Shown here one piece after another: positions 12,767-24,157 of a stretch of 64,000 nt of DNA. Origin of the DNA: Azolla caroliniana. Taxonomy: Eukaryota > Plantae > Polypodiophyta. Under the pieces are notes generated by a model. That model was given only the letters and a program-made list of their open reading frames with translations. It was not told where the DNA came from and made no database searches. Within the stretch, counting starts at the first letter, position 1. Every line of letters starts with the position of its first letter. Made by a program: the position numbers and the translations under genes. Location of the stretch: positions 4,960,001 to 5,024,000 of the forward strand of contig JBHGNT010000004.1 in NCBI GenBank assembly GCA_043228905.1, given 5' to 3'.

Positions 12767-13133
12767 TTCGTATCCCATCTGGAGGGACCGAGATCCTAAC
12801 AAATTATACTAAAACAGAGAAGGAATTAGTACTAAAAGATGAGGATTAGAACTAAGGGAGGTGTAGAACTCTCGAGGGAAGGAAAGAGTGAGTGAGAGAG
12901 AGAGAATGAGGATAACAAAAGATATATTATATTAAGGGAATATACAATAGCAGCTAGGAAGCTTAAGACTGGCGTTGAACCAATTTGGTTCAAAATAATG
13001 CCTTGTGCCTCCTTTTATAGTGTTCTCAGAAGTACTCCTGAAGTTTCTAGAATGTTCCAGAGAAATCTGGAATATACATCAATTTTCTACAGTAAAACCT
13101 AAATGAAAATAATATTCTTCGTATTACAATATA

Positions 13134-13187
13134 TAGTCTAATGGTCAAGAGCTCGACCCATGTAATATAAAGTCATGGGTTCGAGTC
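13134..13187 (+). promoter_or_regulatory. tRNA-like A-box/B-box cassette in chromovirus LTR, antisense to the element
   Basis: TAGTCTAATGG (13134) and GGTTCGAGTC (13178), starts 44 nt apart. Confidence 0.6.
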
Positions 13188-16100
13188 TTGCCATATCATG
13201 ACACTATCCCCCCCCTTGAAACGACGAGCGTCGCGAGTCGTTTTGGATTGAGGACCCGGTTTATCTCGATATTGACGATGGAAGTCTTCAAGAAGAGCAC
13301 GAGCATTGGTCACATTCTCTATTGGTTCCCAAGTATGCTCGTTGGGACTATATCCTAGCCAATCAACTAAATAGTAGAGCTTGTTGCGAACAATCTTGGA
13401 ATCGAGGATGGCGACAACCTCGTATTCAGGTCCATCTTCAAGCTCGATCGGGGTTTGAGGTTGTTTAATACGACCTGGGATGGTGCTGCCTTGATAGGGT
13501 TCGAGGAGAGAACTGTGAAACACTGGATGTATCCAAAGTTGTGGAGGTAGATCGAGACGAAAAGAGACATCATTAATTTTTCCGATAATACGGAAAGGAC
13601 CTAATCGCCGGTAATCCAACTTCTCGCATGGGCGAGTAGTCTTGATGTGTCGTCATAGTAGCCACACCCGATCTCCAATGTCAAAACTGGATGGAAGCCG
13701 ATGATGATCCGCGTAAACCTTGTGTGTTTGTTGAGCTTGTTGTAGATGAGTAGATAAATCCGCTTGTATCTTACGTAGCCATTCCAAACGATCCTCTATA
13801 CAAGGATTTGTAAGTAACTCTAGGGTTTCAAATACACACCACCGAGGGTGACAGCCTGTGTAAGCATAAAATGGTGTCACCTTTGTCGATGAGTGGACGG
13901 AGTTATTATACGCAAATTCGGCGAAGTGGAGAATATTCGCCCAGCCATCTTGATGATAGCTTAAAAAGCACCGAAGATACTGCTCCAGCGTTTGATTTGT
14001 TCGTTCTGCTTGGCCGTCTATTTGCGGATGGTAGCCAGATGAGATATTACAAATGACCTTAAACATTTTAAAGAGGTGCTTCCAAAACTTCAAGAAGAAC
14101 TAGGGTCCACGGTCACTAATGATACTATCGAGAAGGCCATGATGCCGACATACTTCACGCATGACAATTTCAGCAGTTTCTTCACTGGAGATTTCCTTAG
14201 TACATGGCAAGAAATGGGCCATCTTCATATATCGATCTACTACTGTTAAGATCGCATTGAATCCCTTAGAGACCGGAAGATCTGTGATGAAATCTAGGGC
14301 AATGGATTGCCATGGCTTGCTTGGAATTGGTAATGGTTCTAATAAACCATATGGATGATGCCTTGACATTTTTGCTCTGCAACATGTATCACAAGTCCGA
14401 ACAAAATCTTCGACAAATTGTTGCATATGAGGCCACCAAAAGGATCATTGTACTAAATCTAGTGTTTTATTACTACCAAAATGCCCAACTGTATATGTGT
14501 CATGACAATTTTGGACTACTTGAAGGTGACAAGTACCATTAGGAACATACAAGAGTTTCTTAAAGAATAGTAATCCATCATGACATTCGAATTGTCGATA
14601 GTTCGTACCTAGTTGTTGCGACTGTGAACAAGATGCTCGAGAGGGATCAATTTGTGCTAGAATGGCTTGAGCGAAAACATTTGTCTTCAAGTCCTCACGT
14701 ATGGTATCGATAACCTGGGAATCCAAGGGCATACCGAAGACTTGCGTTTCTTACAGTCGTGTCGGTCCCAAGATTACTTGCTTTTGGTTATCGAAAGCCG
14801 GCTCGCCGGGACGCGGTGCTAGATACGAACGCCGAGATAATGCATTTGCCTTCCCTTGTTGCTTCCCCGGACGATATGTAATTTTGAAGTCGAAACAAGT
14901 GAGGAATTGGGCCCACCGAGCTTGACATCGATTTAACACATGAGCATTCTGAAAGTAGGCAAGGTTTTTGTGATCACTGAATACGATGACTTGATGAGAA
15001 GGCCCCTCTAGAAAATGCCTCCATTACGTAAAAGAGTCCACTATTGCTAATAGCTCCTTATCATGAATTTCATAGTTTATTTCTGCGGCGTCAAACTTGC
15101 GTGAATGGAAAGCCACAGGATGTAGCTTCTCATCATCGCCTTGTTGAGACAGAATGCTACCCAAGGCAAAATCCGACGCATCTGCTTCAATGATGAATGG
15201 TTTCTTTGGATCAACATGAGCTAAAATAGGAGCTGATGTAAATGCCTTCTTAAGAATCTCAAAAGCAATGTCTGTTGCTTCAGACCAAACGAACGATTTT
15301 CCCTTCCTGGTAAGTTGTGTGAGAGGCAGAACAAGCTTTGAGTAATCCTATATGAACTTGCGGTAAAAATTGGCAAAGCCTAAAAAGCATTGCACATCTC
15401 ACAATGCACGCGAAGTTTGCCACTCTACCACCGTTTTAACCTTAGCTAGATCCATGGAGATGCCTTCCAAGGAAATGACATAGCCCAAAAATTCTACCTA
15501 GTTGCACCCGAAACTACATTTTCCCAGTTTTGCATAAAGACCATGTTCTCGAAGTCATTTTAGTACGAACAGTACATGAGAATCATGCTCTTCTTGGGTC
15601 TTTGAATAAACCAGTAGATCATCCAAATAGATGATCAAAAAATCATCCAAGCGATCTCGGAATATATCATTTGCCATGTGTTGGAAGACTGTTGGTGCAT
15701 TAGTGAGGCTGAATGGCATGACCGTATACTTGAAGTGCCCATATCTAGTGTGAAACACAATCTTCCATTCATCTCCTGGTCGGATCCGTACGAGGCTATA
15801 TGCTCCTCATAAGTCGATCTTTGTGAAGAACCTTGCACCATTGATCCATTCTAAAAGACTTGAGATACGGGGAAGTGCATACCTATTCCTGATGGTGACT
15901 TTATTCAACCCATGGTAATCTACGACGAGACGAAGTGATCCATCATTTTTCTTGACGAAGAAAATGGGTGCGCCGGCTGGAGATTTCGAATGTCGAATGA
16001 AACCATTTGCCAAATTCTCCTCTATATATGCTCGAAGGACTTCTAGCTCGATTGGTGACAAATTGTAGATCGGTCCTCATGGTGGCTCTTTTCCCAGTTG

Positions 16101-16748
16101 TAAATCGATGGGGCAATCATACGGTCGATGGTGAGGAAGCGTATTAGCTCATACTTTATCGAACACATCGACATAATGACGATACTTCTCTGGAAGTTGA
16201 ACAATGGACTCCTCTTTATTGATACTAGAGGGGTTTACTAATATTGCGAAGAGAAACATTTCTTCCTTGCGTCCTTCCTCACGCAACTGATGTAGCGAAA
16301 TGGTTGCAATCTTATGAGTAGATCCTCGGGTTTGTCGACACCGTATTTCTCTTGTTCTCCAATCTATGGCTGGGTTATGTAATTCGAACCATGGTAATCC
16401 CAAAACAATGGGATGTTCTAGGATACTAATTATATTAAATGATACTACACACACTAAGTTATCTAGGACAATATTAACAGGTTTTGACTCTTCTATAATA
16501 TTCCCGAAAGCAATGGGACGACCATCAATGACTACTATAGAGGTTGGACATGGGAGTTTCTTTAGGGATATTTGATGAGCTTGGGCAAAATTCCTATCCA
16601 TGAAGCAAGAGTTGGCTCTGGAATCTAAGAGTGTTAAGACATGTACTAGAGGAGTACTTTTAGTACTAACCATTACTTGAGCTAAGAACACATTGCTAAC
16701 TTGCTTAGAGGAAATGGAACCACTAATGGGTTGCACAGATCTAGGGTT

Positions 16749-16793
16749 GTCCAACCAAACGGCTCCTATTTTGGCTGGACTTAATCGTTTAAT
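16749..16793 (-). promoter_or_regulatory. Putative -1 ribosomal frameshift signal (gag to pol), chromovirus copy 1
   Basis: A TTA AAC, then 6 nt ending in the gag TAA, then an 11-bp stem-loop. pol is in the -1 frame. Confidence 0.75.
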
Positions 16794-17991
16794 TCTTCTT
16801 CTAGTTGACTAAGGATTTCAAATTTGTTTGAAAGGCTTGGGCTATTAGGACTATCAGACACACCTAAAGGAATAGACTCGGGTTTAGTACTATTAGTACT
16901 AGCGGTTATTTGATTTACCTTCCTTTTCGGCTGATGGGGGCAATTCACTGCAATATGCCCCAATCCACCACAATAAAGACATAATTGATTTGCCCTGCGT
17001 CGCTGCTTTTCTTCTTCCGATAGTGGTCTGCGGCGACGTGTGGTGTCGATTTCCATTGGAGTCGGAGTATTGGTTGAAGACGTATTGAATGACTCCCTTG
17101 GGAAAGGCTTTGCTACGATTGAAGCGTAGGTGGGCTCTGATCTTGTCCGTGGCATTTGGAACTGACATTCCGAACGTCGTTTGAAGAGGAGATTATCGCA
17201 TCGCACCGCACGACTGATTGCTTCTGTCAATGACTTTAAGAGTAAATCTTTAACATCATTACGTAGGCCAAAACGAAATTGCTCCATTAGTGCCTAGTCA
17301 TCCCAGAGAATATCAGTGGCGAGAAGACGGAAATCCGTAGCATAAGCCGAGGGCGGCCGCTCACCTTGGCGCAATCTTCGGATTTTGTTGATTGTTGTTC
17401 TAACACTGTCGGTATCTCCAAAACAAGCTTTAAACTTGGTAATAAACTCTTCGAAATTATTTAACAAGGGAGAGATTTTTTCTAACAAGGGGGCGAACCA
17501 TGCCAAAGTCGTGACACTAAGTAGAGTGCCGACTAGTCCTACTCGTGATGCATCGCTGGGATATCGAGAAGGATGCATTTGAATGACTAATTGTACATGA
17601 TTAAGGAATCATCTAAATTGCGATCGTGTTCCATCGAATTTCATGGGAAGGACAATCTTGGGTTCTTTATGAATCCCTTGCGTACTGGGTCCTTGTTGTT
17701 GCATCGCTACAAAGGTTGCTTCGAGTTGTTGCACGTGTACCACTAGTTCCCCATGTTGTTGTTGCGTCTGGTACTTTTCTAAGGAGATTTGTTAAAGATC
17801 CTCCAACAACCGTTGATTTTTTTGTTCCAAAGCAAGGAACTTCTCTTTCAAGCATTGCAACTCTGAGAAAACGGATTGATATTCTTGAGCGCTAACAGTG
17901 GCCATAGTATGAGAGAAAAGAGGAATAAGAGATTAGAATGAAGGGAGGGAGAAGTAAAAAGTTAAAGGAAGAGAAGGACGCAGAGACTATG

Positions 17992-18002
17992 TCGGTTCAA
18001 AC
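17992..18002 (-). promoter_or_regulatory. Non-tRNA (putative self-priming) primer-binding site
   Basis: GTTTGAACCGA follows the 5' LTR, lacks TGG, and is complementary to LTR sequence at 18230-18240. Confidence 0.65.
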
Positions 18003-19637
18003 TGTTAGGAGTAGTACTAAGATAGAGAAGTACTTTCAGGAACAGTACTAAAACATAGAAGGAATTAGTACTAAAAGATGAGGATTAGTACTAAGGGAGG
18101 TGTAGAACTCTCGAGGGAAGGAAGTAGTGAGTGAGAGAGAGAGATTGAGAGAGAGAGAGAATGAGGATAACAAAAGATATATTATGTTACGGGAATATAC
18201 AATAGCAGTTAGGAGGCTTAAGACTGGCGTTGAACCAATTTGGTTTGAAATAATGCCTTGTGCCTCCTTTTATAATGTTCTCGGGAGTACTGTTGAAGTT
18301 TCTAGAATGTTCCAGAGAAATGTAGAATATACATCAATTTTCTATGGTAAAACCTAAATGAAAATAATATTTTTCGTATTACAAGAGCTCGACCCATGTA
18401 ACATAAGGTCATGGGTTCGAGTCTTACCTGACGAACATGTTCATCATGCTCCTCTTGAATCTTCGAGTAGATTAGAATATCATCCAAGTAAACTATAGTG
18501 AAAATCTCGAAAAATATCATTCGCCATATGTTGGAAAACTTCAGGTGCATTCGTGAGACGGAATAGCATCACAGTATACTCAAAATGGCCATAGCGAGTG
18601 CGAAAAGTTGTCTTCCATTCATCCCCCGGGCGAATCTGAACTAGATTATATGCACCTCGAAGTTCTTAACTTTGTGAAATATTTTTCTCCATTGAGACGT
18701 TCCAAAAGATTCGGGATTAACAGTAGAGCATATCTATTCCGGATAGTCACTTTGTTTAACCCTTGATAATCCACGACCAACTGAAGAGTCCCATTCTTTT
18801 TCTTGACGAAGAAGATAGGTGCGCCCGCAGGGGATCTAGAATGCTGAATGAATCTATTTGCCATATTCTCATCAATATACTCCCGCAAAGTCTCTACCTC
18901 TACAAGGGCGAGATTATAAATCGGGCCCCATGGAGGTTCTTTCCTTGGTTGTAAGTCAATAGGGCAGTCATATGGTTGATGCTCTGGCAATGTATCGGTC
19001 TTCACTTATCAAAGACATCTGAGAACTCTTTGTATTTCTCTGGTAGTTTAATGTCCGCTTCATGTAAAGTGGATGATGGATTTACTACTATTGCGAAGAC
19101 AAACATGGCCTCGTTCCCCCCTTCCTCACACAATTGTCGTAGAGAGATGGTCGATAACTCAGGGGATCTAGTATCAGATGTCGGAGAGAGGGATGCAGGG
19201 TTTGTGCTTTTTTCCCGGGTCTCCTCAATTGTTCTTTTCATCCAATCAATCTTCGGGTTATGGAGTTCAAACCAAGGGAGACCTAGCACTATTGGGTGTT
19301 CCGGACTGCGAATAATGTTGAAAGAGATTATGCTTGCCAAATCGCCAAGAACTATCCGAATTGGCTCGGACTCCTTGACTATATCTCCTGATGCTATGGG
19401 ACGGCCATCAATGATTCTTGCGGCTACTGGGCTTGGGAGCTTATTCAAGAGGATGATTTGTGACAAGGCATATTCACAATCCATGAAACAAGAGTTGGCT
19501 CCAGAATCTAGGAGGGCAGAAGCTAGGACTCGATGACATGTAGATGTGGTAAGCTCGACTTGTGTAGAAAAAACTCGACTCACTTGATTTGATGAAATGG
19601 AACCACGACTAGGAACTAACTCTACATAGCTAGGATG

Positions 19638-19682
19638 GTCCAACCAAATGGCTCCTATTTTGGCCGGACTTACTCGTTTAAC
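19638..19682 (-). promoter_or_regulatory. Putative -1 frameshift signal, chromovirus copy 2
   Basis: G TTA AAC GAG TAA followed by hairpin GTCCGGCCAAA...TTTGGTTGGAC. Confidence 0.75.
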
Positions 19683-21113
19683 ACATCCTCCAATTGGCTC
19701 AAGACATCGAATCTATTTTCATGGCATGGACTATGAGGCTTACTTATGTTAATAGAGGTAACAATGGAACTCGAAGTAGTGTTGTCATGGGCACTTACTT
19801 GGTATACTTGACGTCTAGGTTTATGTGGACTATTTACAACTATATGTCCTAGACCGCCACAATATAAGTATAGGCGATGCGCTCGACGATGTTGCTTCTC
19901 AGCATCTGATAAAGGCCCACGACGTTGTGTCGACTCTATTTCCATCAGAGTTGGGCCATCCCTTGTAATGGGTTTGGAAACTTGTGGAGGCGTTGCGACT
20001 ACGGAAGCGTAAGTCTGTTCTGGTTGGCGGTGTAACATTTGTTGGCGCTCAGAACATCGCTCAAATAGGCGATTATCACATCGCACATCTCGACTAATGA
20101 CCTCTGTAAGCAACTTTGGATCTTCAAGGAAAGTAAGAAGGAGATCTTTGACATCATTTCGCAAACCTTGACGGAATTCATCCCAAGGGATATCGCATGC
20201 CAAGAGACGAAAATCAGCTGTGTAAGCCAACGCGGGACGATCTCCTTGTCGGAGCCTTCGAATCTTGTTTATCATTGTCCTAGTACTGTCAGTGTCTCCG
20301 AAACTAGCTTGAAACTCCTTAACAAATGCCTTGAAATCCTCCAACAACGGTGATTTCTTCTCGAGAAGTGGTGCGAACCATGCTAACACCATACCGCATA
20401 GCAAAGTTCCCACTAATCCCACATGAGCAGCGTCTGTTGGATACCGATTGGGATGTAGCTGAATAACCAGACAAACTTGATTCAAAAAACCTCGAAATAA
20501 AGACCTTGTACCATCAAACTTGGTGGGGAGGCTAATCTTTGGTTCTTTAGGGCAGTTCTGAACCCCTAATGCTTGTTCTCATAATGATAATATAGTTGCC
20601 TCAAGTTGGTGACCGTTGTGATAATTCTTCATACTGTTGAGCTTTTTCGACACTCAAATGTTGTAGGTCTCCGAGTAGCCTTTGATTTTCATGCTCTAAT
20701 GCCACAAATTTATTCGTGAGCATGTCGAGCTCAAAAAGAACACGCAAATACTCCTATTTGGTCACGGACTCCATAGCTTACGAGGCGAGAGGAGAAGGAA
20801 GAAGAGAACTTGTTAGGGTTTGTGGAAGAGGAAGAAATGAAAAAAATTGGTTCAAACTGTCAAGAGAGAGAGAGAGAGAGAAAGAGAGAAAGAAAGGGAA
20901 ATGTTGTATTGCAGAGTAAAATGGATTACAAGGGGTGAACATTCTAGGTCATCCTAGAATGTAGAATAATCTAGAAGGTTTCTAGAGTATTCTAGAAGGT
21001 TCTAGTGTATAGAACACTCTAGAATATTCTAGGTTATTCTAGAATGTAGAGTAATATAGAATATCCCTATGATATTAGATTATATATTCTAAAAACTATA
21101 CATATAAGAATAT

Positions 21114-21168
21114 TAATACCATGGTTAAGGATTTGACATGTGTACAACAAGGTCATGGGTTCAAATCC
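21114..21168 (+). promoter_or_regulatory. tRNA-like A-box/B-box cassette in chromovirus copy 2 LTR
   Basis: TAATACCATGG (21114) and GGTTCAAATCC (21158), 44 nt apart. Confidence 0.6.
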
Positions 21169-21286
21169 TTTCGAGGCATGATGTGAGTGTGATCATGACA
21201 AAGTCTATTTCATTAGGCATGTCTGATAGTTCTAATAGCCCAAGCCTATCAAACAAATTTGAAGTCATTAGTCAACTAGAAGAAGA

Positions 21287-21331
21287 GTTAAACGACTAAG
21301 TCCAACCAAAATAGGAGTCGTTTGGTTGGAC
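21287..21331 (+). promoter_or_regulatory. Putative -1 frameshift signal, chromovirus copy 3
   Basis: G TTA AAC GAC TAA followed by a perfect 11-bp stem GTCCAACCAAA/TTTGGTTGGAC. Confidence 0.78.
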
Positions 21332-23749
21332 AACCCTAGATCTGTGCAGCCCATTAGTAGTTCCATTCCCTTTAAGCAAGTTAGCAATGTCTTCCTAGCT
21401 CAAGTAACAATTAGTACTAAAAGTACTCCTCTAGTACATGTCTTAGCACTCCAAGATCCTGGAGCTAATTCTTGCTTCATGGATAAGAATTTTGCCCAAG
21501 CTCATCAGATATCCTTAAGAAAACTCCCTTGCCCAACCTCTGTAGTAGTCATCGATGGTCGCCCCATTGATTCGAAATATCGCAGAAGAGTCAGAGCCAA
21601 TTAGTGTTGTCCTAGATAATTTGGCATGTGTAGTATCATTCAATATAATTAGTAGTCCAAAACATCCCGTTGTTTTGGGGTTACCATGGTTCGAGTTACA
21701 CAATCCAAACATAGATTGGAGAACAAGAGAAATCCGATATCGACAACCTCGAGAATGTACTCATAAGGTTTCAACCATTTCGCTACATACTGCGTGAGGA
21801 AGGACGCAAGGAATCAATGTTTGTATTCACAGTATCAGTGAAACCTTCCAGCACCACAGTATCATTCGACATTCAAAATCTCCAGCCAGCGCCCCCATTT
21901 TCTTTGTCAAGAAAAAGGATGGATCACTTTGTCTCGTTGTGGATTACAATGGCTTGAATGAGTTCACCATCAGGAATAGGTATGCACTTCCCCTTATCTC
22001 GAGTCTTTTAGAATGGATTAATGGTGCAAAGTTCTATCCGTGACAATTCTTCACAAAGATCGACTTATGAGGCGCATATCACCTCGTACGGATCCAACTA
22101 GGAGATGAATGGAAGACCGCTTTTCGCACCCGATACGGGCACTTCAAGTATACGGTTATGTCATTCGTTCTCACCAATGCGCCAGCAATCTTCCAGCACA
22201 TGGAAAATGATATATTCCGAGATCTCTTGGATATCTGTTTGATCATCTATTTGGGTGATCTACTAGTTTATTTGAAGACTCGAGAAGAGCATGATTCTCA
22301 TGTACTATTAGTACTAAAACGACTTCGAGAACATAGTCTTTATGCAAAACTAGAAAAATGTAGTTTTGAGTGTAACCAAGTGGAATTTCTTGGCTATGTC
22401 ATCTCCTTGGAAGGCATCTCTATGGATCCAACTAAGGTCAAAACTGTGGTAGAGTGGCAGACTCCCCGTTCATTGCGAGATGTGCAATGTTTTTTAGGCT
22501 TCGCAAATTTCTACCGCAAGTTTATACAGGATTACTCAAAGCTTATTTTGCCTCTCACACAGCTTACCAAGAAGGGGCAGTGGTTTGTTTGGTCTAAGGA
22601 AGCTGACACGGCTTTTGTAAGTCTTAAGAAAGCATTTACATCAACTCCTATTCTAGCTCATGTTGATCCAAAAAAACTGTTCATCATGGAGGCAGACACG
22701 TCGGATTTCGCCCTTGGTAGCACATTTCCTACCTTGTACTAAGGCAATCACTAGTGAAGAAACCGCTGAAATTGTCATGTGTGAGGTATTTCGGCATCAT
22801 GGCCTCCCGGATAGTATCATCAGCGACCGTGGACCTCAATTCATCTCGAAATTCTGGAAGCATTTCTTCAAAATGCTCAAGGTCACTTGTAACCTCTCCT
22901 CCAGCTATCACCCTCAAAAAGACAGACAAGCAAAACGAACAAATCAAACGCTGGAATAGTATCTTCGGTGTTTCCTAAGCTATCAACAAGATGATTGGGC
23001 GGATATTCTCCACTTTGCCGAATTTTCTTATAATAACTCTATCCACTCATCGGCTAGGATTACACCATTTTATGCTTATACATGCTATCATCCTCGATGG
23101 CGTGTGTTCGAAACCCCGGAGTTACCCACAAATCCTCGTGCAAAGGATCATTTCGAGCGGCTATGCAAGATATAGGCAAACCTATCTACCCATTTACATC
23201 AAGCTCAACAAACACATAAGGCTTATGCGGGTCGTCATCGGCTTCCATCCTGTTTTGACATTGGAAATCGGGTATGGAAATTACGACGACACATCAAGAC
23301 TACTCGACCATGCGATAAATTGGATTATCGACGATTAGGTCCTTTCTATATTATCATAAAAGTTAATGATGTCACTTTTCGTCTTGATCTACCTTGGACG
23401 CAACTATGGTTACATCCGGTTTTTCATAGTTCTCTTCTCAAACCCTATCAAGAGAACACTATTCTGAATCGTATTACACCACCTCCAACCCCGATCGAGC
23501 TTGAAGCAGGACTGGAGTACAAAGTTGATGCCATCCTCAATTCCAAGATTGTTCGCAACAAGCTCTACTATTTGGTCAATTGGCTAGGCTATAGTCCAAG
23601 CGAGCGAACCAGTCGAGAATGTCACAAATGCTCGAGCTCTTATTGAGGACTTCCATCGACAATATCCTGACAAACCAGGTCCTCCATCTAAGACGCCTTG
23701 TAACACTCATCGTCTTAAGGGGGGGTTAGTGTCATGATATAGCATGGTA

Positions 23750-23821
23750 TGGCTTCAAAAGGATTCGAACCCATATTCTTGTGTCACTTGGGTTGAAGCC
23801 CTACCATTAAGCTATAGCTAT
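23750..23821 (-). promoter_or_regulatory. tRNA-like A-box/B-box cassette in chromovirus copy 3 LTR
   Basis: Minus strand GCTATAGCTTAATGGTAGGGC...ATGGGTTCGAATCCTTTTGAAGCCA: consensus A-box and B-box 43 nt apart, with a plausible D-stem. Confidence 0.7.
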
Positions 23822-24157
23822 ATATTGTAATAAGAAAAATATTATTTCCATTTATTATTTCACTAGGAAATCCATGTATATTCTAGATTTCTCTTGAACA
23901 TTCTAGAAATGTCAAGAGTACTCCTAAGCATACTATAAAAAGAGGCACGTGGCATTATTGAGAACCAGTTTGGTTCAACGCCAATCTTAAGCCTTCTTGT
24001 TATTCTTGTATATTCTCTTCATATAATATAATATATCGTTTGTTATCATCATTCTCTCTCTCTCTCTCTCCTTCTCTCCAGAATTCGACACCCTCTTTTC
24101 CTCTTAGTAATAATCCTCATCTCTAGTACTAATTCCCTCTCTGTTTTATTCCTGACA

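Larger units (their letters stand above)
7353..12801 (-). mobile_element. Ty1/Copia LTR retrotransposon (Tnt1/Tork-like), full length but with stops and frameshifts
   Basis: LTRs 7353-8139 and 11975-12801 (TG...CA). PBS TGGTATCAGAGC (tRNA-iMet) at 11959-11970; PPT about 8140-8156. Order gag, PR (WVVDS), IN (HTDVC, ADNGGEY), RT (YVDDML), RH (TKHI). Confidence 0.96.
7310..18425 (-). mobile_element. Tcn1-like chromovirus (Ty3/Gypsy) copy 1, near full length; 3' LTR split by a Copia insertion
   Basis: gag 17905-16781, PR 16754-16149, RT ([17 protein letters not shown]), RH, IN, chromodomain (EYEVVAILD...YYLVDWLGY...TWEP). PPT 13204-13217. 3' LTR is 7310-7352 plus 12807-13203; 5' LTR is 18003-18425 with its outer end lost. 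Confidence 0.93.
18427..21200 (-). mobile_element. Tcn1-like chromovirus copy 2 (5' LTR, gag, PR, partial RT; 3' truncated)
   Basis: LTR 20858-21200 (TGTCA...TGACA), PBS GTTTGAACCAATT, gag 20485-19670, PR LLDSGANSCF, RT up to YLDDILIY. Confidence 0.9.
21201..24157 (+). mobile_element. Tcn1-like chromovirus copy 3 (5' truncated, internally deleted, 3' LTR present)
   Basis: gag end, PR, RT, RH and IN fragments with deletions near 21860 and 22715; chromodomain 23510-23610; PPT about 23717-23729; LTR 23730-24157 (TGTCA...TGACA). Confidence 0.9.

Noticed and set aside
21300-21345. H-type pseudoknot at the frameshift site (loop UAGG pairing with downstream CCUA)
   Set aside because: Only 4-5 bp, and the 2-3 nt connector looks too short to span the 11-bp stem; kept as a simple stem-loop.
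23750-23821. Functional tRNA gene
   Set aside because: A/B boxes and a D-stem are present, but the anticodon and acceptor stems do not pair; the same holds for the other cassettes, so they are reported as tRNA-like promoter motifs.
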